From the NCBI GenBank assembly GCA_048128005.1, contig JBEUKZ010000132.1, positions 1-64,000 of the forward strand: 64,000 nucleotides of DNA, written 5' to 3'. Position 1 is the first letter of the stretch. Each line of letters starts with the position of its first letter. Position numbers and translations under genes: made by a program. The stretch is from Veleropilina oligotropha (lineage: Eukaryota). This document shows positions 1 through 34,461 of this stretch, in pieces. Below the pieces are notes generated by a model. It saw only the letters and a list, made by a program, of their open reading frames with translations, had not been told where the DNA came from and made no database searches.

Positions 1-154
1 GTGTAATGCAAAGTCCGCATGTGAGTTTTTTTACGTTTTGTGTCCAAAACCCGGCGGGTGTGAACCTTAAGACAGATCGTGTAGAAAAATATCTGACGAC
101 GTTGAACCACTTTTCAATGGATGATAAATTTGTGAATTTTCATTTTTTTTTCAG

Positions 155-20327
<20,173 letters not shown>

Positions 20328-23300
20328 ATGTCGACCAAATGCACGACTGCCTCTTGATCTTGCAACACATTGGACATTGTAGGGCGCACCGGTAGCCGAG
20401 CATTGAACATGTTCTCTTGTGAGAAGCTATGGATTGAATCCATTTCTGGTCTTAATTTCTATATCCCTATATAAATAAGTTTATAATAGTCTCATTTGCT
20501 TTCGGTGAATCTATTCCAACAGGTGTCGTCAATAATATAATGTCAAAATCCTCAAAGAAGGATGAGTTAATTGACTGGTACTAAAATACTAATTCCTTGT
20601 GTTTATAAATTTCGTCATCTAAATGTTTACAACTTTTATGATGTTCCAATATTTATATACGTTGAAGATTAATATCCAAAGAGGTAGTCCCGATTTATAT
20701 ATACCGACGATCCACACACGTGGAAATAGCTTACAATCACTTATTTATGTTTACTCGCTTACCCTTTCCTCTGTTGTTTCTGTCCATCCCGTCATAAAAA
20801 TAATGTCTAATATCTGTAATCTGATTAGCAAATTCTGTTTGATCTATATAGTAACATGCAACGCATTACTATAATATATTCTCCAATTAGAATAAAATGA
20901 TTACAATTTTGTCATTTATAATTACCATTTTCCTTTAAATCTCTGGTATATGTAATATTTTCACTTATAAATGTGTTTGTTAATATGTATTAGGTATTCG
21001 AATGTGCTATGTTAGCGTGGCTTATACATACTCCTTTTGAATTGTTGTCCACCCCACTCGTTCTGATGGGTACGCTAGCCGAGAGCATCGTTCTGTCGTC
21101 TGTGATATTGTTAGGGTACGGTACTGAAAGCGATATTGCATCTCTTGTCCTGTCGTCGGTAACCAACGGGTGATCCATTTGCGTTCCGCAGTTCATGAAT
21201 TGGGCGTATTTACACCAGCCGTCGATGCTCTTGTCTGTATTACTGTTATAATCCGTTGTTAATTCCCCATTATTGTTGATGCAATTATAGTTAACATATA
21301 CAATTAACACTGAAATAAAATTTGCACAGAAAATGATTTGACTTTTTATTGTTATTTGTAAAGATGCCATCGTAAATGTTTATGTTGTCCTGGGCGCTGC
21401 AAGCCATTAGAACATCGCGCCCCCACATTTACATATACGGAATATATTGCTTGGCTGTTATCAAAGAAAAACACGGAAAAAAACTACGATCTCCTCAGAG
21501 ATATGACGTTACCCTTGTGCACGTAAATGTATGCCAGTGTTTTACGGTGAAACATTTAGTCTGATGGTGAACTGTCTACCTGATTGTTATCTTTCGCATT
21601 AACCAGCATCTCCCTGCACCCAATAGGAAACATACACCAACTATATGCGTCTTGTGGATTAAGACTGGATTGAAGAGAGGTTTGTACCCAACTGTGTATT
21701 GTGCAGGCCCTGGAGCATTTACACGTTCTTGCAATCACGAACCAAACCACGAACTTTGAGGAATAGGAAGCTATTAACGTGGTCACACCCCCCCCCCCCC
21801 CCCCAGGAGACGTTACTTACAATTCGATGCAATTGAGTCTAGCGAAGGAACTACACGAATCCTTTTATTAAAAACGTATTTGTGATCAGGCGAGTTAATT
21901 CACTACTAACAAAACTCAAACTTGTGGTGAAGGAAAATTAATGGTGTTGTGGGCAATGGATGTTGTTGGAAGTTCTTAGCTTTAGCTGTACACAAGAACG
22001 GCGCTTTGTTGATGGTCCCCTACCATATACATGGCTACATATGCGGTTAGCATATTCTCCTCCATCAATAGACCAATCCTCGCATGATGATGCGGAGATG
22101 GACCTAAATGCAATCTCTTCTGTCTGGTCACCCGGCGTGGGGGTCCAACTTTCATCAAATATACAATCAACTGTTCGCGTGGGGGCGGGGCAATCAACAG
22201 CCTGAAACCTCCGCTCCTGCACTCTAACATGGCAAAAGCGATATTTCTTAGCAACATTTATGAACCATTTTCAATAAAATGTAATAGTAATTGTTTCCTT
22301 TTTTTCACAATCTAACACATGGATTTGTGATTTCAAACGTGGGGTCCGGACCGCCTGTATCCACATAAAAGTCAAGAAATGGTGTGAAACTCGACCCCCT
22401 CCTGCATTTTGACAAAAAATCACAAATTTATAAAGACGTTTTTCGTTTTCTCACTATCAAAGACAATCATTCTTTATTTTCTAGAGGGGGGGGGGGAATC
22501 GCCTAGACCCCCAGAAAATTTTGATAAATAACGATGGGCAGGCAACGATGCTCAGATAGTTTTGTTCTAGGAACTCAAAGATTAACATAGAGTTGACAAA
22601 CTGTCACCGTCTCAGGGAGCATGGATTGTTCAGTGGTGCAGCCCGATAGATGTAAGCGTGAGAAATCCAAGGGGTGTATTTGATTTGAATCAATTTAGAT
22701 TTACATTTAAAAAAAAATCAGCTGTGTCTGTAATTGGGGCTTCGGGTTAACGTCTCTACCCAGTAGACGGATACTACAGGTGTGCAATGGAGACGAGAAA
22801 TTCATGTGACAAATTCTCGACACACTTGGACTCGAACTCATATTCGTGGTCTAGAATCATAGCCACTAAGCTACAACCCAGCCTCCCCCTAACCGTTAAA
22901 GGAGGTACATAACACAACCAATGATTCCCGAAAATCTATAGAAGATGATTGACACTATTTTTTTTAAACTTGTAATGAGAAACGTTGACACATGATTTTT
23001 TGCAGCACCTTTAAATATTTTTATCTTCAAAATCTGTATTATTTCTAATAAATGTTTTGGAGGATTGGTCACGACTACAGCAAACAAAAATATATTGTTA
23101 TTTTTGGAATCAGCATGTTCGAAAACATATGTTTAGACACCTAAAACATCTTTATGTTCGTATTGGTTCAGAAGTAATGGCACTTTACATAAAAATGCCT
23201 GAAGAATGGCGGCCATATTAGATTTTTGCTAATTTAGAACTTATCTTTAGTATTGATATTTTGTTTTCAATGAATAGTTTACCCCTTTATATGGATTTAG

Positions 23301-23680
23301 ATAATATAAAATTAATATTATTTGATATTTGAATGAATAGGTATGGTTAATTCGCCATTATTTTGGCCATAAATCAATTTTGGTGGCGGCCATTTTGAAT
23401 TTCAAAATGGCGGTCATAAATCTTAATGGAAAAACTGGTACCCATTATTGTCTTAATCAGTGATGTATTTAGATGAGCTTAAACATGGTTGCAAAGAATC
23501 TACCCAAAATTTTGTTTTTTTTGCATAAGCCCACTGACTAAAAGCTAAATCTGATTACTATAAAGAGAGACTAATTTTTTTCAAAGATAATTCCCAAAAC
23601 TTATGGAAATTCATATATACTATAATCGGGAAACAGAGAAATAAAACAAATCTGCCAGAATATATATCGAACGATGGAAT

Positions 23681-24068
23681 AACAAGCACAGAATGTGTGC
23701 AATAACCTGCGTCATAAGCAAAATTTCTACTGTGAAACATGTGTGATACATATAATACAGACCATGTTTCTGTATGATTTCATAGAATTCACAAATTGGT
23801 TTTCAAGAGTTACGCCCCTTTGACAGACTTAGTTAACTATAATAAAGTTGATTAATTATAATTTAATAAAGTATGCAAAATCCTAAAATGTTTAACTGTT
23901 ATACCTCATTTACTACTGTGAAACATGTGTGATACATATAATACAGACCACGTTTCTGTATGATTTAATATTTATTCATCAAAGAGGCTGTCATGGTAAT
24001 TTGCTATTCTGTTAGGCAGCATCTCTCAATTCATACATCAAGTGGTCATGCACTTTTTTCAAATTGGC
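23681..24068 (+). repeat. Dispersed ~390-bp repeat, copy 1 (3' end truncated)
   Basis: Near-identical to 50479-50866; contains an internal duplication of TACTGTGAAACATGTGTGATACATATAATACAGACCA. Confidence 0.85.
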
Positions 24069-24843
24069 ATTGAAACTAAACAAAGACCCAAATGATCCAA
24101 AATCATATAGGCCGATATCATTAACATCTAACCTATGCAAAACACTAGAAATCATGATTAATAAAAGAATAGTATATCATCTAGAGAAAAACAATTTAAT
24201 TAACCCGAACCAAAGCGGTTTTAGGAAAAATAGACAGACAACAGATCAATTGGTCAGGCTGGAAAATGACATTAGAAAAGGGTTCATCCAAAATAGAAAA
24301 ACACTAGCAGTCTTCATTGATTTCGAAAAAGCATACGACATGATTTGGCATGAAGGGCTCAAAGAAAAAATTAAAAACTTAGGTATTACAGGCAGGATGC
24401 TAAATTGGATAGGTAATTTTTTGGATGATAGGAAAATAAATGTAAGAGTCGAAAACTCAAGATCGGAAGATTACGATCTAGAAAACGGTACGCCACAAGG
24501 TAGTGTAATCAGTCCAACTCTTTTCAACATAATGATTAATGACTTAGATAAAACTCTGATAGAAAACAAAACGACAAAATCGTCATTGTTTGCAGACGAT
24601 AGCGCGATATGGAACTCGAATAAAAATGTTAAAAAACTAGAAGACATAATGAACGAAAACCTTAAACTAATTCATAAATGGTCAAACGAATGGGAATTTA
24701 AAATATCCGAATCAAAAACGGAAGGAGTACTTTTTTCTAAAGGTAGACAGTACATTAAACCTACATTAATACTGAATAACAAACAATTGAAAATTGAAGA
24801 CAGAGCTACATTCCTAGGAATAATATCAATAACATATTATTAA
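24064..24843 (+). mobile_element. Non-LTR retrotransposon reverse transcriptase fragment
   Basis: SYRPISLTS, QSGFR, FIDFEKAYD, GTPQGSVISPTLFN, LFADD motifs. Confidence 0.9.
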
Positions 24844-25810
24844 AAAGCTTGTGTACTGTATACACAAACCATTGACAGTTATATTTAATAAATCTATCAT
24901 AATATTATGTGGTGTCTTTGCGCACAGCATGAAGCTAGCATAAATCATCCCTATACATAAAAGAAATGATAAACATATACCTAATAATTATCGACCAATT
25001 TCTTTGTTACCAACAATATCGAAGGTCTTAGAAAAGATAATATACAAACGACTAAACGGATTTTTAAATGCCAATAACATCTTATACCAAAACCAGTACG
25101 GATTTAGAAAACAATACAATTGATGCAGTCACTGAACTTATCAGCAATATTATACAAGGATTTGATGAAAATAAATAAACACTAGCGGTATTTTTAGACT
25201 TATATAAGGCCTTCGATACCATAGATCATAACATATTATTAGCTAAATTATCGAGGTGTCACGAAACAATGGCTACAAAGCTACCTAACTGACAAAAAAC
25301 AACGAGTCAGATTACCTGATAACTCCAACAACAATGTCGTATCAGAGTATATGATAATTGAGTACGGTGTACCACAAGGATCAGTACTTGGTCCCCTGCT
25401 GTTTCTGCTTTACATTAATGACATAAATAAGTGTTTAAAATATTTGAAAATGATAAATTTTTCAGACGATACAACGATCTTTACTAGTGGAACCACGACA
25501 AGAGAAGTTTATAGTAAAATAAAAGATGACTTACAAATATTGACAGCCTGGTTCAAAAGCAATAAAATGTCGCCAAATGTTAACAAGACAAATTATATCC
25601 TGTTTAAACACCAAGTAATACCGACATAGAAAATACAAATCTTCAAATAAAAATCAATGACATATTAGTTACACCAGTAAAATTCACAAAATTTCTTGGA
25701 ATGATAATTGACGACAAGTTAAATTGGATAGAACATTCAAAGCACATCCACAACAAACTCTTACGGAGTGTGTACAGCATGCGATGCTGTAAAAATAAAC
25801 TAACAAATGG

Positions 25811-26073
25811 GATGGAGGAGGAATGATGCTTAATGTCCTGTATATTTACAACATCGAGGTTCAAGGCAGGACATGTCCGTGTTATCGCGGGAGGAAACCC
25901 CGGTCGCCCGAGTAAACCCGCCCTCTTCGGCCAGTCACGGAAAACTGTGATTCATAACTTGAACAAATTTCAATGCCTCAGCCAGGTATTGAAACCCACT
26001 ACTGTTGGCATTAGCGGAATCAAGCCAGTGAATTTAGAGTGGACACTCTACCCACTGCGCTGCCGAAGCGGCC
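25811..26073 (-). mobile_element. tRNA-derived SINE with 12-bp TSD
   Basis: Flanked by ACTAACAAATGG at 25799-25810 and 26074-26085. The minus strand starts GGCCGCTTCGGCAGCGCAGTGGGTAGAG (A-box-like) and has GGGTTTCAATACC (B-box-like). Related copies at about 4335-4580 and 58390-58630. Confidence 0.8.
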
Positions 26074-26673
26074 ACTAACAAATGGTACAAAGAGAACATT
26101 ATATTTCAGCGCAATTCACTGTCACCTTGCTCATGGGCTTAAACTTTGGGGGCCGATGCTTCAAAAGGTCGATTAAAAAAATTATTTATTCTTCCAAAAA
26201 AATGCGTCAGACAAATCATGAACAAAAAATACAATGAACCATTTTCCCCATTGCTTAAGAGATTACATATTTTAAAAATTCAGGATTTAGATTTATGCAG
26301 ATTTGGCTATATATATTCCAGTAAAGAACTACCAGCACCAATAGAAAATATATTTTGACATAATTCCCAAACACACCACTACAACACAAGAAACAGAAAT
26401 GATCCCCGTATACAGCACCATTCAAAAACAATTTTTAACAAGAGTATGATGTGTCAGATGCCGTCCTTGTGGGGTAACATGTGTCAGATGCCGTCCTTGT
26501 GGGGCAACCTGATGGTAAACTTAAAAAATATAACATTACTCAATAGTTTTACGAAATCACTTATAAATATGAAAACTGAAGCCTACTAAATATAAATAAA
26601 ATTTAATCTTACTAACAAAATCGCATTTATCTGGAATAAAATTACATATCTAATGATTACGTGTATGTGCTGT

Positions 26674-27725
<1,052 letters not shown>

Positions 27726-27922
27726 GTGTAACTTGTATGGTTTACAATTTCCTTGTAAACGTATGTTGCATGTTGTTTGATCTCCAATATATATTGTGTA
27801 TCTGTAAAATTAAATGTACGTCTATTAATGTCCTTTTACCTTGAATGTATCTTCTCACATTATATGTAAATCAATTACCCATGTCATATTACTGATTAAT
27901 AGTCAGTAATTATCAATTATAA

Positions 27923-28010
<88 letters not shown>

Positions 28011-28339
28011 TAAAATGTATATCTAGTGCATATCATGAAAATTAATTATTATGAATACAGGGTGACACTACCTTAATGGGAACAGCCTCCTTCTGGCTTA
28101 AGCGTCATCCTTTCTTTTCGTTGCATGTACAATAATCACTACTTCTTTTAACTTCATATAATTATGTAACTACAATGTACTGTATATGAAAAGAAAAAGA
28201 AATTACTACTACTACTACTATTTCTTCAAGAAACGTGCGACCTCAAATGATCGAGGACCGACGCACTGCGTACAATGTGTGCATGCACGGGACGGGGATC
28301 CGTTAATAAAAGGATGTGTGCGACGTATTTAAAGTGCTC

Positions 28340-29135
28340 GTTTAAAAACAAGAAGTGTCAGGTGGTCAGGCTGATGAGCTCCTCATCCACGCTCTGAAGG
28401 AGTGGGTGGATGAAGAGAGCAGCGGGTCCTTCTATATTCTGCTCCAGGCGCAGATGGTGCGGGGGAAGGAGTAGGAGTAGGCGTCGTGGTTGCACTGGAG
28501 TTGGAGCAACCGTGAGTTGTGCCCCTAGTGTTGGACGAGGCCAGTGAAAGGTAGGTTTGCAACTAGATATCGACTATATGGTTCATGATACGGTACATCA
28601 TGGCGAAGCGGTTTTGCTTTCTTATCTCTTCCAGTGAGGGCCACTTTAACTCCTGTAGCATGTGGAGACTGCGGTGACGCTACTGCTTCGATGGTAGTCA
28701 ATCATGACGTAGCGAGCGGCGCATCGCTGAACATGTTCAAGTTTCTTGATGTTGCTCTGATTGTGGGCATCCCAGGCTGCAGCTTCGTGTTCAATGGTTG
28801 GGTGCACGTATGTCAGCATAATGTGGTGTAGCTTGCCGCTTTTACCTTCTTGTTGCACTTATTGAAATTGCGACTGAGAAATACGCGGGTTGAGTTGGCC
28901 TTTTTGGACATTTCGTCAACATGCTCGTTGCAGGCCGAGCTTTGAGTCAATGTTAACTCCAAGGTATTTCGTCACTGGTACGGATTCCAGCGTTTGGCCA
29001 TGGATGGTGTAGGCTGGTTGAAACGACTGGTGTCCGTTTGTTGGTGATCCTTAGCAGCAGACACTTGGACGGGTTGAATTCCATGAGCCACTTGGCTTCC
29101 CACTCCTGACGGGCATGGAGATCGTCCTGGATCTT
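28340..29135 (-). mobile_element. Degenerate LINE 3' fragment (RT thumb and C-terminal region)
   Basis: WLMEFNPSKCLLL, YLGV, HVDEMSKKANST and PTIEHEAAAWDAH...LEHVQRCAARYV on the minus strand. Confidence 0.75.
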
Positions 29136-29543
29136 CCTGTCTTTACTATAGCAGACCTGATTAAACTACTGGGCGTCCAAGTCCAATATCCTACTGTGGA
29201 GACTTTTAAGTCTCGCGTAAACAGTGACTATAAATTTATGCGCTCCTCCCGCCACAAATCTCATGTCTGAAGTGGTTTATTGACGTAAACCTGTAGATAT
29301 AAAACGTTTGAGGTCATTAACGCATACCCGGTACTTAAAAAACCCAATGACCACAATGTATACATCATTGTACATAGTTCAAAGTAATACAAAAATATAA
29401 TTCAGGAAATATAAAAAATACTGTTTGGCATAGACTCTGACCACCATAGATGTACATGGTTTAATACAGTTGAAATTATTCAGTATCATTGGTGGAAGAC
29501 AACATAAGTTTGCCTGCTTCTTGCATTACTCTAGATGCTAACT

Positions 29544-32042
29544 CTAAATAGCTTGCTGGCTAGACATACATGGTTTTGAAAACAATAACCCCATATCGAC
29601 GCCTTCAATGTTCCATGAACATGGTTGAGTAACAGACTTGGGTTGATGATGCAAATTAGAATGTTTGCTCACCATTGCTCTGCGACTCCGTCGTATGCTT
29701 GGTGCAATGGGCGCCGGTGACGATCGTTCATCTTTTACATCTTCGACGATCACGGTAATCTCTTCATCTGATGAACTGACGGCAAAAATGAGACCCTCTT
29801 CGACTGCTTGGGCTGGTCGGGAGGTATCGTCTTCGGTTTTCTTCATGACTGGACACCGCCCCAGTTCGTATCTTTGGATGAACTTCTTTGTTTCGCTTTC
29901 ATTAGCTGTTGAGTCTCCTCCTGGTACTTCCACGACTTTGTATATTACGTCGTCCCATTTGTCCTGTATCTTATTTCTCCTTTTAACTCCTCGTTTCCGT
30001 AGATACATTCTCTGTCCAATTCGAAGTGGTAGAGTGCTGTCTTTCTTTTGAGTCTTTATCTTCTGTTTCCCTGCCTGTACTCTGATGTGCTCTCCAGCTT
30101 TGTCCCAAGCAACTTGTAGTCGGTTCTGATGTTCTTCAAGCCAATCGTCAATAACAATGGGTTGGTCTTCTTTTCCCCCCTACAACAGATCCAAGGGAAG
30201 GCGCGGATCCCGTCCGTACATCAGGTAGTATGGGGACAGACCAGTGGTTGAGTGTGGTGTAGAGTTGTACATGTAGACGACTTCAGGTAAGTGTTCCACC
30301 CAAAAGCGCTTTTTCTCTGCAGAGAGTGTACGTAAATGATCGTGCAAGGTTCGATTAAATCTTTCTGTTTGACCGTTTCCCTGTGGATGGTACGATGAAG
30401 TTCTCGTCTTCTTAATGCCGTAAGTTGAACAACTCGCATTCAAAATTTCAACCCTGGTCTAAATGGATCCTCAGTGGTATTCCGAATTTGAAAAACCATT
30501 CTTTGACTCATATCTTGGCTGTTGTCTTCGCGGCTTGGTCACGAGTGGGGAAGGCCTGTGTGTAATTGGTAAAACCATCGGTAAGTATCAATAGATTTTC
30601 TCGACCATCTGAGCTTGGTTCCAACAGTGTATAATCCATGGCTAGAACTTCCAATGGACGACTCCCTTGTAGAGATCCTTGAGACATGCGAATGTCTGGC
30701 TGCGACATTTTTGCAAGGACACACCGGTTACAGTTACGACAATACTCCTCGATTTCGGACGGCATCCTGGACCAGTACACCCGCTCTCTGGTCAGCGATA
30801 AGGTTCTCTCCAAACCATGGTGTCCTGTCTCATCGTGGATTCCCTACAACACTTCTGCTTTCAGACTATCCGGAACTACTGTCTGTAGTCTCTCGCCACT
30901 TCTGGGGTAGCTGACTCTCCGACAAAGGGTACCATCCTTGTCCAAGGTAAGTCTATCCCACTGGCGCAACAATAAACCAATTGATGCTGACTCTGCTTCT
31001 CGTTGCTCAGATGCTGGCTTGGTCGCCCGGCTCACGAAGGCCGTCATCTTCATGATAACTTTGTCCTGCTTCTGTCGTTGTGTTACTTCTGTCCTCGAAA
31101 GTGCTGGTATGGCGGCTACTGTGATCACTACAGCTATACATTCTGTGTCCTGGTCCTTGACATCTCTTAGCTGATGCTGTAAGGCAACAGGTAGAGAGGT
31201 TGCACCTGTCACCTGAGATAACACTGCAGTCACTTCATCGGGGTCCTTTGGTTCATCCTCAAGGTCTGTTATGTGAGAGAGACTGTCTGAATTCTTGCTG
31301 GAACGACCGGACCTGAATCGGATATCAAAGTTGATTAAGGTTAACTGTAGCGCCCAGCACTGTCCTACTGCTGCAAGTCGAGCTGTGGTGAAATAACTCA
31401 ACGGGTTGTTATCTGTGTGTACTGTAAATGTTTGTTCCATCAAGAAATCATTAAATTAGTCGCACACTTGCCATGAGCTCCAGTTGTTCGAATTCCGCTC
31501 CGAAAGACGAAGACCTCTTCTGGCGTATGCAATCACGCGCCTTACCATCCTGAAATTGCGACAACACTTCTTCCAAGCCTTGCAAACTGGCATCGTTCTC
31601 GACAATGAAATGCTTCAGGGAATCCGCAAACCCCAAGATTGGCGATTAAGTTAGTTTCTTCTTATAAGCTGGAATGCCTCCTGACATTCGTTGCTCCGCT
31701 GTATGAAGAGGAGACGCCATCTTTGCGAATCCAGGAATGAAACGACGATAGTAGCACGCCAGTCCCAGTCCCTTTAACATCCTTGGTGTTGGCCACTGCT
31801 CAACTGCCTTGACTTTCTCTGGGTCCGTAGCAACGCCGTCAGCAGAAATGACAAGACCGAAGAAATTGACCTTTGGTAGGAAGAAGTGACACTTACTCGG
31901 GTTTAGCTTTAATCCATAACTATCCAGGCGATTGAACACGTCTCTAAATTCTTCAAGTGCTCCTGAAATGTTCTTGAAAAGACAACAATGTCATCGAGAT
32001 AGACGATGACTGTTTCTGATAGCTTGTCTTCTAAGCAGTACT
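29544..32042 (-). mobile_element. Ty3/Gypsy pol 3' part (RT C-half, RNase H, integrase), decayed
   Basis: [90 protein letters not shown]; multiple stops and frameshifts. Confidence 0.92.
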
Positions 32043-32357
32043 GGGGGGGACTAGGAGGTTTCAGAGGAAGTTAGGGGGGGGGGCGGGGCGACCGGGGAGG
32101 CTCCCAGCCCTATTTCAGAACTGAGGGTGGCTCGTAATATATACCCCCTAGGCATTTTAGTAGAATCCGGGGAGGGAGGGGGTCCCGGGGGTCCCCCCGG
32201 GGGAGTGGGGGCTCCCACCCCCCGTCTGCTCAGGGCAGGGGTCGTTTTTTCGCTAGGGCGGAGGTTTTTTTGTAATAATCCCGGGAGGTCCGAAATTCAG
32301 GCGCTGCTGTCAGCGCCGTCCGAAACTAGGGTAGCTTAGAATAGTCTATTTGGCCCC
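32043..32357 (+). repeat. Left terminal inverted repeat
   Basis: GGGGGGGACTAGGAGGTTTCAGAGGAAGTTAGGG...CTAGGGTAGCTTAGAATAGTCTATTTGGCCCC is the reverse complement of the right end, with ~40 extra bp near 32273-32314. Confidence 0.95.
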
Positions 32358-33448
32358 TCCCCCCACCCCCCGGGGGGCCCTGGGCCCGACCCCCACGCCC
32401 GCTACCTTATCACCACGCGTTATTGTGCTGAGTCTATTCATGCCGCGTCTATGAATAGCCCTTATTGGCTTGTGTTTTATCAGTGTCGAGACACTGAAAC
32501 TGTCAACACATAAACTGTCGACTCATCCGATGACTCGGCACAATAACTGTCCACGAAAAACATTTTGGTCAAGAAACATTTTGGTTTGAAAAGTTTCTTG
32601 ACAGTTATTTTGTTGAGCCAGCTTTTTAGATAACGTTTACAAAATAAAAAAGCGATTCGCTTTTCGAATTTGCAACCCGGATGCTAGGGTACAAATACCA
32701 TTGATCGCGACCAGGCATTCAACGCACACAATACCCATTGAGGCATTCAACGCAAACAATACTATGAATACACGCGGCGATGTGATTGTTTCGCACACGG
32801 ATATAGCGTTTGATAGCAGCGGGCATGAATGAGACAACAGCAGACGGGCTGAATGGACTATGAATAGTCGCTGGGGAAGCCCGAAAAATATGTTTCAAGG
32901 CAGGGAATCCCCGAGATTGCAGCAGTTTAGATAAATATGAAGTTCCCGCTAGCGAGCGTGCAGTTGCACGACGGCTGGTGTCCGATTTTTCTCCACGCAC
33001 CGAGGCAGCCAGACAGCATGGTGTAATACTGCCCATTTTTGTCAGGACATAGGGAGGGGGCCAAACACTGGACACATGTGACAGTATCTGGGGGTGTGGG
33101 GGGGCCACAGTCATTCTCCCCGATAACATAGTAGTGACACGACGGTGGGGGGCATCAGGGGGGTCTCCCAGGCGTAGTAGCAAGTTTCTCCGCAAGGGAT
33201 CGAATCGGGGGTTATACCTGGGGTGGTTGCGATACCTAGCCCATGTGTGTTCGAGAATTAATGCGGTGTTGTGTGTCGATGCGCCCCCTGGGGTGGTGGC
33301 ACCCGCTAGCCAACACACCGCGGCAATGCACAGAAGTAGCATGGATTTCATGGAGTTCATGGCTTGTCCAGATATCACTGTCTGAGTGCTAGCTTTAATA
33401 CGGGGGGGGGAGGGGGGTAGTCCCCCACCCCACGATCGACCTGGATGG

Positions 33449-34093
33449 TTAGTCGCCAGCCCCTATTTTTTTCAGCAATTCTGCGCGTCCCTCTTTACGA
33501 CCACGCTCAATGAGCTCGCTCTGGGTCTGTGAAACCGCGGTGTGCGCTTTCGCCCCTTTGAGACGCAGGATGGCTTTCAGTGTCCGATATTTGGCCATCT
33601 CGTCTGTGACTAGTTGGAATTCGTCGTCAGACATCTCCCCATCCGCTAGGGCCTTTGACACGTGGTCATTTATGGTGTTCAGCTTGCTTTCGGCCAGCAC
33701 TCGTATCTCGTCGTGCTTCTTAGCCTTCACTTGGAGGCGGCGGATAATGTATTTCCCACCCATACTTGCGAGCCCACACCCTAACGCCGCTAATTCCAGC
33801 ACTAGGACAACAGGGGCCACAACGATCGTGGACAACAGTCCGATGCCGGCGCTACACATACCAAGGGTGGCCACGACCAGGGCCGAGTCGATCCCGTCAA
33901 CGACATTAACGCCTCGTCGGTACTTCTTGTACAGGGCAGCCCTTGTGTCTCTCTCTCGTTCTAGCTGTCCCTGAAGCTCATTCACTTTCTGCAGTCGGAA
34001 AGACTGTGCCTCCGGCAGTTCCGAAGGCACCTCGCCACCAAGTTGTGGGTACAGCGTTGGCGTTGGCGCTGGCGCTGAGGGTTTTTTGTCCAT
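33449..34093 (-). CDS. Viral membrane protein with central hydrophobic hairpin, flanking coiled coils and N-terminal PSAP/LYPQL motifs
   Basis: Intact 214-aa ORF starting MDKKPSAPAPTPTLYPQL; hydrophobic stretch ALVVATLGMCSAGIGLLSTIVVAPVVLVLELAALGCGL. Confidence 0.8.
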   Translation of the reverse strand: MDKKPSAPAPTPTLYPQLGGEVPSELPEAQSFRLQKVNELQGQLERERDTRAALYKKYRRGVNVVDGIDSALVVATLGMCSAGIGLLSTIVVAPVVLVLELAALGCGLASMGGKYIIRRLQVKAKKHDEIRVLAESKLNTINDHVSKALADGEMSDDEFQLVTDEMAKYRTLKAILRLKGAKAHTAVSQTQSELIERGRKEGRAELLKKIGAGD

Positions 34094-34461
34094 TATTCGT
34101 GGCTGTACTGTTCAGCCTGTTGATTCCAAATGTATACCGTAACGTTCAAATACAGGGTGCCCACCCACGGGGCCTTGATGGTGAAGGCGAGGGCCAACTT
34201 GTCCAAATCCAGGCCAAGGCTATTTATGGAACATGCTTTGGGGGCACCCCCGGCCGGCTGGACCGGCGTCAGGTGGATCATTAGAAGGGCTGGCTTCAAC
34301 CCAAACCGACCTCCAGTGTTTGGAATCGTGAACTCCCTCCTCGCCAGCCCCTTCTTGGGCGCTTCCCCACAATTAAGAACGAAGTGCCACCGGGTCGGGG
34401 AAGGCTCATCTGCAAGCAGGGGGGGGGGGAGTGGGAGGGTCCCATAGATGCTGGTGCTCAT
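34093..34461 (-). CDS. Hypothetical viral protein, 122 aa
   Basis: Overlaps both neighbours (ATGA at its start, TAATG at its end), which supports it being a real gene. Confidence 0.6.
   Translation of the reverse strand: MSTSIYGTLPLPPPLLADEPSPTRWHFVLNCGEAPKKGLARREFTIPNTGGRFGLKPALLMIHLTPVQPAGGAPKACSINSLGLDLDKLALAFTIKAPWVGTLYLNVTVYIWNQQAEQYSHE

Noticed and set aside
20990..22257. Short ORFs downstream of the polycystin gene
   Set aside because: No motifs or convincing splice structure; they partly overlap dispersed repeats also seen near 54000-54300.
25811..26073. tRNA gene
   Set aside because: A/B-box-like head only, multiple diverged copies and a TSD indicate a SINE; no full cloverleaf is evident.
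32719..33378. 219-aa minus-strand ORF in the left arm of the element
   Set aside because: No recognisable motifs, low-information composition and overlap with local repeats; probably a chance ORF in GC-rich DNA, though not excluded.
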